In this document: one piece after another, positions 23,207 to 35,694 of the stretch
Layout of the letters: each line of letters starts with the position of its first letter
Position numbering within the stretch: the stretch's first letter is position 1
NCBI GenBank assembly: GCA_965603825.1
Contig: CBFDEM010000003.1
Coordinates: forward strand, 124,001 to 188,000
Direction: 5' to 3'
DNA from: Blepharisma stoltei ATCC 30299
Lineage: Eukaryota > Protista > Ciliophora
Length of the DNA: 64,000 bases
Position numbers and translations under genes: made by a program
Notes under the pieces: generated by a model
Database searches by the model: none
Seen by the model: the letters and a program-made list of their open reading frames with translations, nothing else
What the model was told of the DNA's origin: nothing

Positions 23207-24487
23207 TTAGACTCTGCAGACATATGAGCTTGCTTGTGTCACATATCTTACCCATCTGTTTGGAGTTGGGACTTTTCCTTGGTCAGCAATTCTGAGGTAT
23301 TTCACTTGCATGTTTGAGGCATTGTACATTGGGATTTCAAACTGCATTGAGATAGGCCCAATTTCTTTTGTGGTAGCAGGCGCACTAAGGCTGATTTTAG
23401 TTTTTAATGCGTATTCAGCGTTTCCTGGGAACTTTTTAATGGTCCATTCTGCGAGTTTTTCTTGATCCCGATATTCTGATTGTTGGCCGCTAAGTTTGCT
23501 AGGCATTTCAAATGCGACTGAGGCTGTAGTTTTTGGCAAATTAAACTTTACCGACACATTTGTCCCAAACTGTCCTTCAGGGAAGCACGACTTAATTTTC
23601 ACTAAAAATTCCACCTTATAAGGAGTAATTGTCTCCACAAATGGGAAAATCCTAAAAGGTGTCTGATAATCTCCTCTGATTCTATAGTTCATTGCTATAA
23701 ATTCCCCATCTGGAGGATTAATTGTAAGGATCTTGAATTCATTAAATTCACTAGAGCTTACACACTCATGAAAATTGCAGTCATCAAGCACCACACTTCC
23801 ATAATTCCCGCTTCCTCTACCAATAACTAAGTCTTCATTCAATGCTAATCTAAGCTGCGGATTTCCATACAAATAAGATTTCATCTGTATACAGCCATCT
23901 ATTGACGAGTTCAATATATATCCATTTGAGTTGAACAAAACTGAGACTTTTTCTAAAATATCGACAAAAATCTCGTTTTTTTGTTTTTTATTCGAAAGTG
24001 GACGCTGAGCTGCTGCATGTGGGACTGTGTTAGAAAAAGGGTTTGCCTTGAACAAAGGAGTGGATTGGGCTATAGCAACTGGCTCGTTTACTATATATGG
24101 CCTCACTTGTTCAGCAGAAGTACTTTGTGGGTAGCCATAGTCGATTATTTCGTCAATAATCTCATAGACGAGGACAAAGTTTTTCCTTATGCTTTCTTCA
24201 GTTAAAACGCCACAGAAGTCTTTAATTACTGTGACAAGTCTGTAGAGTAAGTCAAAAACGTAGGATGGTGATACATTGTGAAGAGTCGTGACGACGAGGT
24301 AAAGGCCATTTCGCTTTATGTGAAGAAAGTTGATTCCTTCGATATTAAATGCTGGGGGTGGGTCACCTTTCCAAAATTTGGCTTTTCTGAAGAAAATTTC
24401 GTTAGTTCCTCGGACTAGATCGCCTCGGAAGTCACGAGTAATAATTGTATCACCTCTGGCAGAAAGAATAAAAAGCTGAGAAAGCAT
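23207..24487 (-). CDS. AP4M1: AP-4 complex mu subunit
   Basis: MLSQLFILSARGDTIITRDFRG, IRKNFVLVYEIIDE, NEIFVD, LDDCNFHECV, PPDGEF, RWVRYVT. Confidence 0.9.
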   Translation of the reverse strand: MLSQLFILSARGDTIITRDFRGDLVRGTNEIFFRKAKFWKGDPPPAFNIEGINFLHIKRNGLYLVVTTLHNVSPSYVFDLLYRLVTVIKDFCGVLTEESIRKNFVLVYEIIDEIIDYGYPQSTSAEQVRPYIVNEPVAIAQSTPLFKANPFSNTVPHAAAQRPLSNKKQKNEIFVDILEKVSVLFNSNGYILNSSIDGCIQMKSYLYGNPQLRLALNEDLVIGRGSGNYGSVVLDDCNFHECVSSSEFNEFKILTINPPDGEFIAMNYRIRGDYQTPFRIFPFVETITPYKVEFLVKIKSCFPEGQFGTNVSVKFNLPKTTASVAFEMPSKLSGQQSEYRDQEKLAEWTIKKFPGNAEYALKTKISLSAPATTKEIGPISMQFEIPMYNASNMQVKYLRIADQGKVPTPNRWVRYVTQASSYVCRV

Positions 24488-24762
24488 TTATTCTAGCAAT
24501 TTATTTTGATTAATTTAATAAAATAACTAGTAGATAAACTGAACTTAAATAATTATTATAGCTAATTCACAAATAGATTTTTCTTAACAAATGATTTTTA
24601 TTAAATTGGATTGGCTTTAAATTTTATTTAAAATAGAGGATAAAAGCTAATAACGATTAATTTATTTAGATTATTGTCTTTAAACATGCATATTAAATAA
24701 ATTTCATAAAAAAACAATTTGTAATTTTATCCGAATATTTCTAATAATTCTCAACCTTTTAA

Positions 24763-26154
24763 TTATTGAAGTCTTATATCGTGCTTTATCAGCTCATAAT
24801 TGCTTGTTGAAGCATCAAGCTCCCAAAGTTCTCCAATTCCGTCATCTTCAGTTATAAAGAAAATTTTAGTCCCCACACATATTTCTTTACTTGGCATTCA
24901 CCAGTTTCCTTTGCGCCTCAAATTATCTTTAACAAGCATAAAATTGATATCTTTTAAATCTGACTTGTACAATGACTTATCAGTCAAACAATAAATAGCA
25001 TCGTTGGATTTCAATAAAATTTTTTTCCCTGCAATCGAAGCTTGAGTCGTGATCTCTTCTGTATTTGGGTCAAAAAGATAAATACTTGGAACTTTCTCTC
25101 CTGCGATAAGGATCCCACTTTCAATTTTGCAAGATGAGGTCGAGCCTAAGACTTCCACAGTATTAAAAACTCTACACCATTTTTGGGTAGTTAAGTTGAA
25201 TTTTTCAATAATGTTGAGTCTGCTTTCATTCATTTTCCCACCTATTGCATAGATGTTATCATTGAACATCTCGATTGCATGATTTGATCTAGAATTTTGC
25301 ATTACAGCATGATCTTCCCATATCATATAAGGCTCTAAATAAAACAGCAAGGAAGTTGTTTTTCTCAAAGAGTCTTTGAAAATCCCTTTATCTATACCAC
25401 CACAGTGGAAAATTGGACCTAAAGGCAGCTTGATTCAGCTTGCTCCTTTTGTTGGATTTCACTCTTCAATGATAATTTTTTGGGTGTTTTCTCTATTTAC
25501 AACATCTATATCATATATCACTTTATTTCTAGTGCTGAAAAACTGAATTTTATGGGGAGAATTATGGGGAGAAAATAGGTCATAGGGACTGCTCCATTCA
25601 AATCTCATAGTGTTTGCTACATAGCCTACTAATTTATTAAAATTTTCATGAATTGAAGAAATAATGCTGGCCCCTAAAACATTTTGATAATTCGTATATG
25701 CTGCCATTTCAAGGGAATAAGGATCAATACTGTCAGAAGTCAGCTGATTTTGCAAAGAATTTAGCATCTCATCTCGAATTCTTGAAAATTCAAGCAGATA
25801 GGCGTTCAGGAGTTCTTGATTTTCACGAAACAATTCATTTATCCAACCGCATCTTTCTTCGTATAAGGACTCTAGCATTTCCAGCGCGACGTTATATTGA
25901 GAGAGCTTATTGTCTAGGAGGTCGGATAAGACTTCATAAGCATTTTTTTGGATTTGGTAAATTTGGTATTGCTCTGGGGTATTTACATTATTTAAGATGC
26001 TTGCTGAGATTGTTTCTTCTTTTAACTTGTGTGCGCAATCTTCACAGAGTTTTTTTTCAAGGTTTAAAGTAACAAGAGTGCATTTTTTCATTATGCACAT
26101 ATCACACAGCAAGTTGGAGTCAAAATAGATGCTAGGGTCAATGGTTTCTCTCAT
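24763..26154 (-). CDS. B-box-like / coiled-coil / Kelch-like protein (~463 aa)
   Basis: CDMC...LCEDCAH N-terminus, helical middle, Kelch motifs IFHCGG and IYAIGG; ORFs join via TGA; TAA at 24763. Confidence 0.7.
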
Positions 26155-27017
26155 TGTAAAAAAATTATTATTATTTGACGGGGAAAATTTTAAATTTCTA
26201 TAAAATTCATTTTAGAGAAAAATATTAGAAAAGGCATATCAGGGTTTTTAGAAATTTTAAAATATTAAATAGTAAGTTTGCTTAAAAAATAATAATATTT
26301 TTGAATTAAGTTTAATTTAATGCTTATTTATTATAAAACAGATATAATAGGTAATTAAAACGTGGATTTCTATAAACTTTTCTATATTAAATAAATTTGT
26401 TTTAAATATGTCGACTTGAATTGATCTTACTTCTCATTAAATAATCTTTCTAAATATGCACTTCACATTTTTTTGGGAGAAAAAGATGCGCTTATTGATT
26501 ATATAAAGCTTTGGAAATTTAAAGTGTGGAGATGAAAATATAATATTTTATTTAGGATTTGAAATATATTAAAAAGCATTATTAGATGTCAACCAAAAAT
26601 TAAATAAATCTACTGTATCGTTTATTACTAGTAAAGAAGAGTTAAGAGGAACTATGATAATTGAAATAAATTGATACTAATTGATTTCTATTAAAAATTG
26701 TTTATAAATCCTTAAACTTTATTGATATAGCAAATTACTCTATAAAAAGACTATTGCATTTGAAATAAAAAAATTAAGATTTAACTATCAAGATCGACTT
26801 GAAATAAAATGATTCTCATAAGAGCCTAAATCATTAAAGAACTGGGTTTAAATTCAATCGATTTCAAAGCTAATATTTTCACAAATTTTTTGCTTAATTC
26901 AAGATCTTTAAGTCCAAAATATCCCAATATCCATTCAAATTCTCTTAAACAACCCCATTCTTCATATAATTAATTAATTCATCATCTCTATTCCATTTTA
27001 AAATCAAAATTATTGAA

Positions 27018-30000
27018 ATGTTGCAACCCAAGAGCAGAGGTCCTAAAGCTACAAGTCTCACCCCCACAAAGAAAAAATCCCTCCAGAAAAAGCCTTGAGA
27101 TGACCGATTTTGGCTTGGTTCGCTTCCATTAAATGACTCATCCCTTGACACAAGTTCATTCATATCTGGAGATGAAGGAAAATCATCAAAAGAGATCAAA
27201 TCTCGCAAGCTTATTCGGTTGCCTCAATTGAGTTCTCGTCCTACATCAAGCAGAGCTCGAAGTGTGGAAAGGACGCCTCAAAATAAATCAATAAATCATC
27301 TAATAGTAACTGAAGAGATGCTTAATGAAATAAAAGAAAATATTGAATGCGAATGAATTACATGGGCAATCCCTGAGCCTCAAAGAGAAGCATTTAGAAA
27401 TAGTGTTTTCAATTTGCCAAGAAATAAAGCCTATGCCATTATTAATCGAGAAATCGATGACCTTCAAAAAAGCCGCTCATTAGTCCAACTTGTGCTTAGG
27501 GCAATTACAGCAAGAGAAGAGAGCTTAAAAAGTATACAAGAAATGAATGAGTATTTATCAAAAGCTCCTGATTGAGATAAACTAAAAGAAGTTCAGCTTG
27601 AATGTGCAGAGCTTCTTCATGCTCATAGGATTTTGACTTTAAATGTTGTTGAAAGCATTGTAAAGTGAAGAGAGCAGCTTGTATACGCAATGCTGCTAAA
27701 TCAAACTGATAGTTCTAAAAAAACCTTAATACCTTTTATATGGGAAGGAATCAATTATATTGAAAAAATGAGGCACGATTTAGACTTTCTCTATAGCTCA
27801 GATTTTTCTAAAGTATTTCTATTCAGCGAAAAGCCAGACCCACTGCTAAAAACTCCATCAAGAATCCAAGGTGGATCTCGGCACAAATCAAGGATAAAAG
27901 ATGGCTATTTTATGGATGACGGAAAAGTTGTTATTCCTTTGCCTAGCGCTTTAATGAAAAGAGTAAGTATCGCTGAAATGGTGATTTTAGAAAACACCAG
28001 CAGCGAATGGGAAACTATACAAATCGACTCAACCCCAACCTCAAAATCATCAAGAGAATTATCTACTACAAGCAATAATAGGCTAAAACAAAGAAAACCT
28101 AATGAAGAAGCTAGAATGGCACAAAATATGTTGGATTGTATAATTGAAGAAGAAGTAGAGATTGATGTGCAAGAAATTGTGGTAAAAGTAAGAAAAGAAG
28201 AACAGCAGAGGGTCAATAATGATGCCACCGCTAAATATGTAATGGACGAAATCCTGAAAAAGGAGATTTTAGAGACTATAAGAGAAATTGCAGTTAGCAC
28301 TTATAGCCCACAGTTTAATGCAAACATGGAAAAATACGTAGAAAATATGGCTAACAAAATGATAGAATCAGAAGTCCTAAGAACAATCGATACAATTGCT
28401 AAAGACGAGTTAAGAAATGCCAAGGAGCAACTTAAAAAGGCAAAGGAAGACGATAAACGGAAAAAAGGTGAAGATATTAATTTGAATAAATATTTTTTTG
28501 AAGTGATTTTGGCGGAAGTTGTTAAAAGTATGACCGAATTTGAAGTGGAAAATATTTCAAAAGAAATCAAAGATAGAGCTGCTAAAAAGAAAATGGAAAT
28601 TGAAAAGAAAAAAATCGAGGAAGAGAATACAACTTTTTCAAGACAAATTTTTATGAATTTCTTATATGAAATTGTGGGGGAAATTGCGAAAGAAATGTAT
28701 GAAATTAAAGAAAATGAAGAAAGAGAGAAAAAAGAGATAGCTAAGAAAAATAATGAAAACTTGGAGCTTGCGAAGCTGATATATGAAAGTTTATTTGAAA
28801 TTGCTATAAAAATCAGGCTAGAGGAGTTTTCAAAAGTATCAATAAATGAAGTTAAAACGGAATTAGAGAACGCAGAAAAGAGAAAAGCTGTAGAATCTGA
28901 AAAGAAAAAGAAAATGGAAGAAATATGCCAGCTTACAAATATTTTCATAAAAGATCTCACTTGTGAAGCTATTTCAATAATGATCCAAACTGAGCTAAAA
29001 TCTTGTGAAAATGAAAGACTTGCAGAATTAATATTTGAAGACTTCATAACTCTCAGTGTGAAAACCCTAAAAGAATCACAAGCAAATGAATCTTTAATAG
29101 AAGAAAAAACTCTTCAAGCTTCAGAAAACGACACAAAGCTCCAAAACTCTATAATTGCTGACCAAATTTATGAAGAAATGTACCGAGACATAGAATCTGA
29201 CATCCTGCCGCTCATTAAAAAAGAAATTGATGATATGACTCAAAGAAAACTCCAAGAAGAAGAAAAGCTACAAAGCACCAAAGCAAGGCAACTTTTACAG
29301 TCACAAATTGAAGAAATGATCCAAAGAAATTTAATTGAAACGGTAATAGATGAGCTAAAAGTGAATATTTTTGCAGAAAATATCATAAATGAAGAAATTG
29401 AAGCAAAAAAATTATCAACTCAGAATGAAACGGAAAGGAAAAAAATTGAGGAAAAAGAAAAAGCGTTGGAAAATGAAAAAATTTGTAGTATTTTGTATGA
29501 TGAAATTGTGAATGAATTTTTAAAAGAAGCTTGGGTTGGACAGCTGTCAGAAAATATGATAGAAAATGCAAATATGCTGGAAAGAAGAAGAACCACAGTA
29601 GTTCCGCAGCTAATTTTTAGTGACTCAATTGCAGTGGAGGTTAAAGAAGCTGAAGATTACGCAATTGAAAATTTCACTCCAGGGATGCATAGTCCTAATA
29701 TATATTCAATCCGAGATAATGATATTCCAGAAGAAGAAAAATCAATATCTTCTGTGAGAAGTGGCATTTTTGAAGACCTTGGGCTTGATTTTGCAACTAT
29801 AGACTCCTTTAGAGACCTAGGCTCTTTAGAGTTCAAGCCTTTAAATATCCAAGAACACCTAATCGGTCACGTTTTAAACGAATATTTCCGATTTATCCCA
29901 TCTTTAATAAAAGCTGCATTTCCTAACATTGAACAGCTAAAACAAGAAGTCATGAACGGAATTGACGCATGCTGATACTGGGCTTTAAAAAATGAAAAAA

Positions 30001-31289
30001 TCCTTGGACTCTTGATATATTCTTTAGATCCTTCATATAAAACAGGCAGGAATTTAATAATTCACCACATCTCGTGTTTACACGAAAAATCGTACCCTCA
30101 AATCATAGATTTAGCGACTACTTTTTTATGAAATATAGACACCTGTGACGAAATTAGGGTAAATTTATTTTCTGGGATGGGAAATGACATCCCAAGCCAA
30201 ATTAAAAAAATTTTTACAAATTTGAAATTTAAATGGAAAACTCATTCATCAATAGTGAAATATAATGCAGATTTGACGGTGATGGGGAAGATGAGGACCA
30301 ATATTAAGCCAAATGCTGATGCAAGAAGCCAGAATAGTGACCCATTTGTGCTTAAAAGTTTTTGTATAGTAGAGCCAAGCAATGAAGAAGCGAAGTCTCA
30401 TGATATCACTTGTCCTGAAATGATACAGGTAGGAAATCGACAGTGCCTAGTCAGTGCAATTTTAAATCTGTTTGGCCAGCTAGCTAAAAGTGGCATTAAT
30501 TTGACAATGGAGCCTAAAACAAGGCTGCAAAGAGACATTTCTGACGTCTTAGAAATCATCAACTCTACCGACTCCTATACCTTCCCTTTCATAAAATCCA
30601 GCTTTTTTTCTTCCCAGCCCTCAGCCCAATCATTTCTTCAAGAAAATAAAATTTCTCCATCCTTAATTTCTTCCTCAAAATCCTCAATTTCCATTTTAGA
30701 GCTCAATTTCAACTGAATTTCCTGTACAAATCTCATAACTTCCTTAAAATCCCAAAACTACAAATTTATCAGATTTAAATCATCAGAAATCAAGCACTGC
30801 AAAAACGCCGATAATTGTGAACTTTTTTGGGTTCCTACAGGCCAAGCAGGGATTTCTGCATTTTTTATAGATTTTGAAGGAATAAAAGACGAGCTTTCAG
30901 CAGATTTGAGAAGAAATAAAACTGATTTGTTTTATAAGCTTGAAGATTTATTTCAGAGCATGAATTTAGCGAAAGAAGGAGTTATTGAGTTGTGGGTCCC
31001 TGCGTTTAAGAAAAAAGTAAGTTGGGTAATCCCGTGGATCCAAGGGTATGAAATACCTGAGCAGCATGGAGAAAATGAGTCACAATATGTCAAAAAATGT
31101 ATTGAGGATGTAAATATTGAGATTAATGTGCCACCACCTGCACCAGGGATACTTGAAGTAGGAAAAATAAGGGGGAAATTTTTTAAAAATGATTTTATAT
31201 TTGGGCTGGTTAATAGGAATGGGGATAAGATCTTGGATTTGCCTTTGATTACATGTCTTGTTGAGCAAAATGACTGGACATTAGCATAA
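27018..31289 (+). CDS. large multidomain protein, paralog A (~1423 aa): conserved N-domain, acidic helical stalk, GNAT-like and serpin-like regions
   Basis: Single frame from ATG 27018 to TAA 31289 with only TGA interruptions; colinear homology with 43616-47296. Confidence 0.85.
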
Positions 31290-31485
31290 TGATGGAATTA
31301 ATTGTTAAATGTTAATAAATTTAGATTTTGTAGTCAAGCCAAGCAAATTTTATATAATTTTAGCTCGAATACTCAGTTTTCTTTCTGTTGATAATTATAT
31401 AGATATATAGGTAAATAAAATCTTTTGTTTTATGCATATAAAAGCATAATATATATTTTTCAATAAAAACAATATATTTTTTAGA

Positions 31486-32445
31486 ATGAAAAAATGGGCC
31501 GAAGAGTTGGTAGAAGCATTTCAAAGTTGCAACAAAAATAAAATTCGACAAATTTTCAACAATGGTTTCCCACACAGTGGAGTTTTGCATTTAAAAAATA
31601 CCTCTGGAGAAATCTTAATTAGTAGAACTTATCCTATTCATTTTGCTGCAGAATATGGATATATTGACATATTACAAGAACTTTTTAATGCAGGCGCTGA
31701 TGTAAATGCTCTTGATTCTTATCAAAGAACGCCTCTTATGGTGAGTTGTGGAATGGGAAATTTAGATATCGTAAGATATTTAGTAGAAGAAGCTGATGCT
31801 AATATAGGAGGTTATGATTATAATGGAAATACAGTTATACATATCTCATCTTTAGCTGGGCAGTATCACATTTTACGATATTTAGTTGAAGATTTACAGA
31901 TTCCTATAAATTTATCAAATAAATATAAACGAACTGCTTTAACACTTTGCCAGAAATCTCAAGAAAAAGCATCTGGTGAATTATCTTGGAAATTAGAAAG
32001 AGTAATCGGCTATCTTTCATCTCAGCAAAATAAGCACACTCCTGCCTTGTTTACTCCTTTAAGGCCAAAGCAGCAAGAGTCAGTTAGAAGAAGCTGCCAC
32101 TCAAATTGTATAAGCCGATATAATCAAAGCTTGTGGGCTGATTCTGTGGGGATTAGGGTCCATCAGTTTCATTCTCCTAAGCAAGATAGATTTGCATTTA
32201 GCCAATTTGCGCATAAAAATTTAGGCTCAAACAGAAAATTTTCTGTGGATACTCCATCAGTTGATAGAATGATTAGGAATAAATGTGACTTGATATATGA
32301 TAAATATATGAATAGTCATCAGCTGATGGTTACAATAAGAGAAAAATCAAATGATCAAAGCTTGGTGCCACTGTATAGAAAGAATTCAGCGCCTTCGCTG
32401 ACTGGTATTTCAACATCAAAATATAATAAATCAGAATTATATTAA
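31486..32445 (+). CDS. ankyrin-repeat protein
   Basis: YPIHFAAEYG...GADVNA, RTPLMVSC, GNTVIHIS, RTALTL. Confidence 0.9.
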   Translation: MKKWAEELVEAFQSCNKNKIRQIFNNGFPHSGVLHLKNTSGEILISRTYPIHFAAEYGYIDILQELFNAGADVNALDSYQRTPLMVSCGMGNLDIVRYLVEEADANIGGYDYNGNTVIHISSLAGQYHILRYLVEDLQIPINLSNKYKRTALTLCQKSQEKASGELSWKLERVIGYLSSQQNKHTPALFTPLRPKQQESVRRSCHSNCISRYNQSLWADSVGIRVHQFHSPKQDRFAFSQFAHKNLGSNRKFSVDTPSVDRMIRNKCDLIYDKYMNSHQLMVTIREKSNDQSLVPLYRKNSAPSLTGISTSKYNKSELY

Positions 32446-32524
32446 ATTTTTTAATTAAATTTTCCTTTTATATGGCGAAAAATATAAAAAAGTTAATGTT
32501 TTGATTTTTTGACAAAAGCAAGAT

Positions 32525-33466
32525 TTAGCAAATTATCATATTTTCTAACAAAAATTTATCGAGCATCTTGGGGGCATTCAATTTCATATCTTTATGTGAC
32601 ACAATAGATATTGGCGGAATAGTGCCATCTTTTTTGATTTTAAACATCACTGCATAATAAATATCTCCTGATAGCTTCCTACACCCCAAAATTCTAGCAG
32701 GCTGCAAATCTTGTCAGTTTCCCTTATTTGCTTCATCCTTAGACTTATTAGAAACTCTACTCGAAGTTTCTGACTCTTCTTCTATATTGCTTTCCTCTAC
32801 ACTATCCTGAGAATTTCTATATGAAATTTCTTCTTCATTTTCTGCATCTTCTAACCCTTCACTACTGGCTTGTTTTGCATCTTCTTCACTAATTTCTCTA
32901 TAAGCTGTTTCCGATTTTCTTGGAATTTCTGCCTTAAATCTTGAATTATTATTAGTTACTGGTATTTTTGGTTCATAACTTTGTATAGACTTTTTTTGAG
33001 GAAAAGACGAAGCCATTGTAATTCTTTTTTCCTCTCTTACTTTATTTAAAATTTCATTAACTTCTTGACATTGTGATGATCCTGTAGGTTTTTTCTCTGG
33101 AGGGCTTTGGATTTCTAATGTATCATTTGGTAATAAATCGTCAAGTTTTAGCTTTTTGTTTGCATCATCTCCATAGAGTTTTCCTTGCTCTGCAAGCTTT
33201 TGCTCTCTTTCAAGTCGGCGCCTTTCTCTCAGTCTAGCATTTCTTCTCTTGCACTGTTCTCGCCTTAGCAATTGCTTCCTTTCTTGCTTTTCATTAAATT
33301 GCTCAAGAAGATCAGGGACAGACTTAACTGTTTCTTCAGGTTCTCAGGTGTTATCGGCAGAGGAAAATCCTTTTCATTTGATTTGGTAGCGCCAGGAATT
33401 AAGCGCGGTTGAAAATTTCTTATCTACAATAGATTCAATGACATAAAGGCTATCGTGATCCCCCAT
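32525..33466 (-). CDS. HP1-like protein (chromodomain, hinge, chromo-shadow domain; ~313 aa)
   Basis: ATG 33466; YVIESIVDKK...YQIK-W(TGA)-KGFSSADNT-W(TGA)-EPEE; C-terminal PARILGCRK...YYAVMFK...NAPKMLDKFLLENM. Confidence 0.85.
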
Positions 33467-33625
33467 TAAATTTATTTAGTTTTTTATTATCGTTAATTAA
33501 AATTATGGAGTCATATTTTTATGGGAAAATTATTGATAAAATCAACAAAAAATTATAAGAGAAGATTGTAAAACCTAAAAACAATAAAGATTTATTATTT
33601 ATTCTACTGATTAAAAAAGAGATCA

Positions 33626-35692
33626 TTAGTTACTAGAAATATTCCAATTCCTAAGAATATTTTTGGCACCTCTTAACAATGCAATCGCTTCTTTGCAGTC
33701 TTCTCTTTTCTTTGGAATGATTTTTCCCTCATCCAAAATTTTTTCATTGAATTTTTCACCAAGTAATTGAGCAACCAATGAATCCTTGAGCGACTCCTGC
33801 ACATCATGAATCAGAAAGCTTAAAATTGCCTTTGGAACATAGTCTCCAATGTTTTTTCTAACGATTCCAAAATATGACTTTACAAGGATTCTCACAAGCT
33901 CTATATTTTTTAAATCACTCTGATTTAATGTTATTGTTTTATTTGTTGGGCTTTGGCCAACACCCGAAGTTTGCTGGCTACTAGGGAAAATACTATTTGT
34001 TTTATTTGTTGGGTTTTGGCCAAAACCCAAAGTTTGCTGGCTGCTTGGGAAAAGACTATTTTGGGCAGGTGCTTGCTGATTGCTAGAAAGGCTGGTAAAT
34101 GGCGATTGTTTAGATAGGTTTCCATTATTTTGAGTAGTGCCAAATAAACTGTCGCCTTGGACTGGTACTTGCATTTTTAGCTGATTTCCATTAGCTTCAT
34201 CAAACTTTTTTGTTTTTTCAATAGCAATACGTCCCCCAATGAAATCAGGATGATGAATATTTATATAATTGTTTTCCATATCAAATATCCTTTTTATCAT
34301 ATCATAAGTACTCTCATATTTATCTTCAATAATTTTCTCTGTAATTTCGCTTATTAAAAGATGCAGATTTTTAAACCTACTAAAATAAGGACTTGAAATT
34401 TTCTGAGTCAAAGCTAAAAGTGAATCTTTTACTAAATGAAGAATTTGAAAAGAAGGTGCTCTAATGCTTTCTATTGCTTTTCTCGAAAATACTCTGAATG
34501 TTTGTTCTGGGATCAGCAAAGTTCCATGAATTCCATTTGTGCTGCTTATTTGCTCCAATATTTCATTATCTGTAATTTCTTCCATTGGATTAATTTGTTT
34601 TAGTTTATCTTCAAAAAATGAAAATAAAATTTTCCTGATTTGCGTACCTGTCTCGTCTTTGTCAGTTCTTCCTTCTATAGTTTCCTCTAAAAATCTACAA
34701 TAATCGCTAGCTATTTTTATAATTATATTTTGCTGCAAAGCCTTATTTTCACCGATAGGATCTCCGTAATTTTCGAGCTCATTACTTCTATGTTCAAGTT
34801 GGAAATCGATTCCCTCCTTTATGCTAGGAAGTGCACGTTTGAGTTTTTCAAATAATATTTCTTGAAGTCTTTGAGTTAAATAAGGAATCCCTGCTTGATC
34901 TTGAATTAGCTTATAGTCAGGATGGGTCCTGAAGAATTCAGCCTCTTTATCCAAATGATCTAAAATTGAGACATTATTGGTAATATCAGCTTGAGATCTA
35001 CAAACAACACCAACATACCCATGAGCTAATGGATACTCTTCACCAAGCAAGACATTTATTGCACTTGTTCCTTTATCCATAATATCTAGCTTTGTAAGCA
35101 CACCTAAAGTTCTTTCTCCTCTTGGATCGACGTCTCTTGCAATTTTTAACGCATCGGAATTTGCTATATCATTATTTCCAGGAGAAATAGCTAAAATAAT
35201 GGCATTTTCCTTTTTAATATAATCTAAAACCATTTCTTCGATTAAAACTGATATATTTCGTGGCTGGTCTCCAACAGGATTTTTCGTTAGCCCAGGCAAA
35301 TCAACCAAAGTTATATTTACAACCAGTGGTGAATAAATCTCAAGAAGAATTGGCTGGTCAACAATCGCTTTTCTGCTCCCTGCTTTTTTGTTTGTTTCAG
35401 CAATAATTTCGTCTCTAACCTTGGCAAAGTCTTTAAATATAACACTTGGGAGATGCTGGAATATTGCAAATTCTTCTTCATCATTATGGCATTGGATGAT
35501 TAGAGGCATTCTTGTCACTATTCCTTGGCCTCGGGGAAGAAAATCTTTTCCAACAATACTTTCTAGCACGCTTGATTTCCCCGCAGATTGAGCACCAACG
35601 ACTACAATTTGAGGGAGTGAAATATCAACTTTAACATGGGAGAGATTGACTAGTTTTTGTAGCTCGTTAACTTTAGCTAGCAGACTTTCCAT
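33626..35692 (-). CDS. dynamin-related GTPase, copy 1
   Basis: LPQIVVVGAQSAGKSS, GIVTR, LVDLPGLT, TKLD, middle domain, GED (SYF..VRKNIGDYVPKAI); no PH domain. Confidence 0.95.
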   Translation of the reverse strand: MESLLAKVNELQKLVNLSHVKVDISLPQIVVVGAQSAGKSSVLESIVGKDFLPRGQGIVTRMPLIIQCHNDEEEFAIFQHLPSVIFKDFAKVRDEIIAETNKKAGSRKAIVDQPILLEIYSPLVVNITLVDLPGLTKNPVGDQPRNISVLIEEMVLDYIKKENAIILAISPGNNDIANSDALKIARDVDPRGERTLGVLTKLDIMDKGTSAINVLLGEEYPLAHGYVGVVCRSQADITNNVSILDHLDKEAEFFRTHPDYKLIQDQAGIPYLTQRLQEILFEKLKRALPSIKEGIDFQLEHRSNELENYGDPIGENKALQQNIIIKIASDYCRFLEETIEGRTDKDETGTQIRKILFSFFEDKLKQINPMEEITDNEILEQISSTNGIHGTLLIPEQTFRVFSRKAIESIRAPSFQILHLVKDSLLALTQKISSPYFSRFKNLHLLISEITEKIIEDKYESTYDMIKRIFDMENNYINIHHPDFIGGRIAIEKTKKFDEANGNQLKMQVPVQGDSLFGTTQNNGNLSKQSPFTSLSSNQQAPAQNSLFPSSQQTLGFGQNPTNKTNSIFPSSQQTSGVGQSPTNKTITLNQSDLKNIELVRILVKSYFGIVRKNIGDYVPKAILSFLIHDVQESLKDSLVAQLLGEKFNEKILDEGKIIPKKREDCKEAIALLRGAKNILRNWNISSN
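33935..34060 (-). repeat. 63-nt (21-aa) tandem duplication in the dynamin copy 1 insert
   Basis: NSLFPSSQQTLGFGQNPTNKT / NSIFPSSQQTSGVGQSPTNKT; one unit in copy 2, none in copy 3. Confidence 0.9.
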
Positions 35693-35694
35693 TC

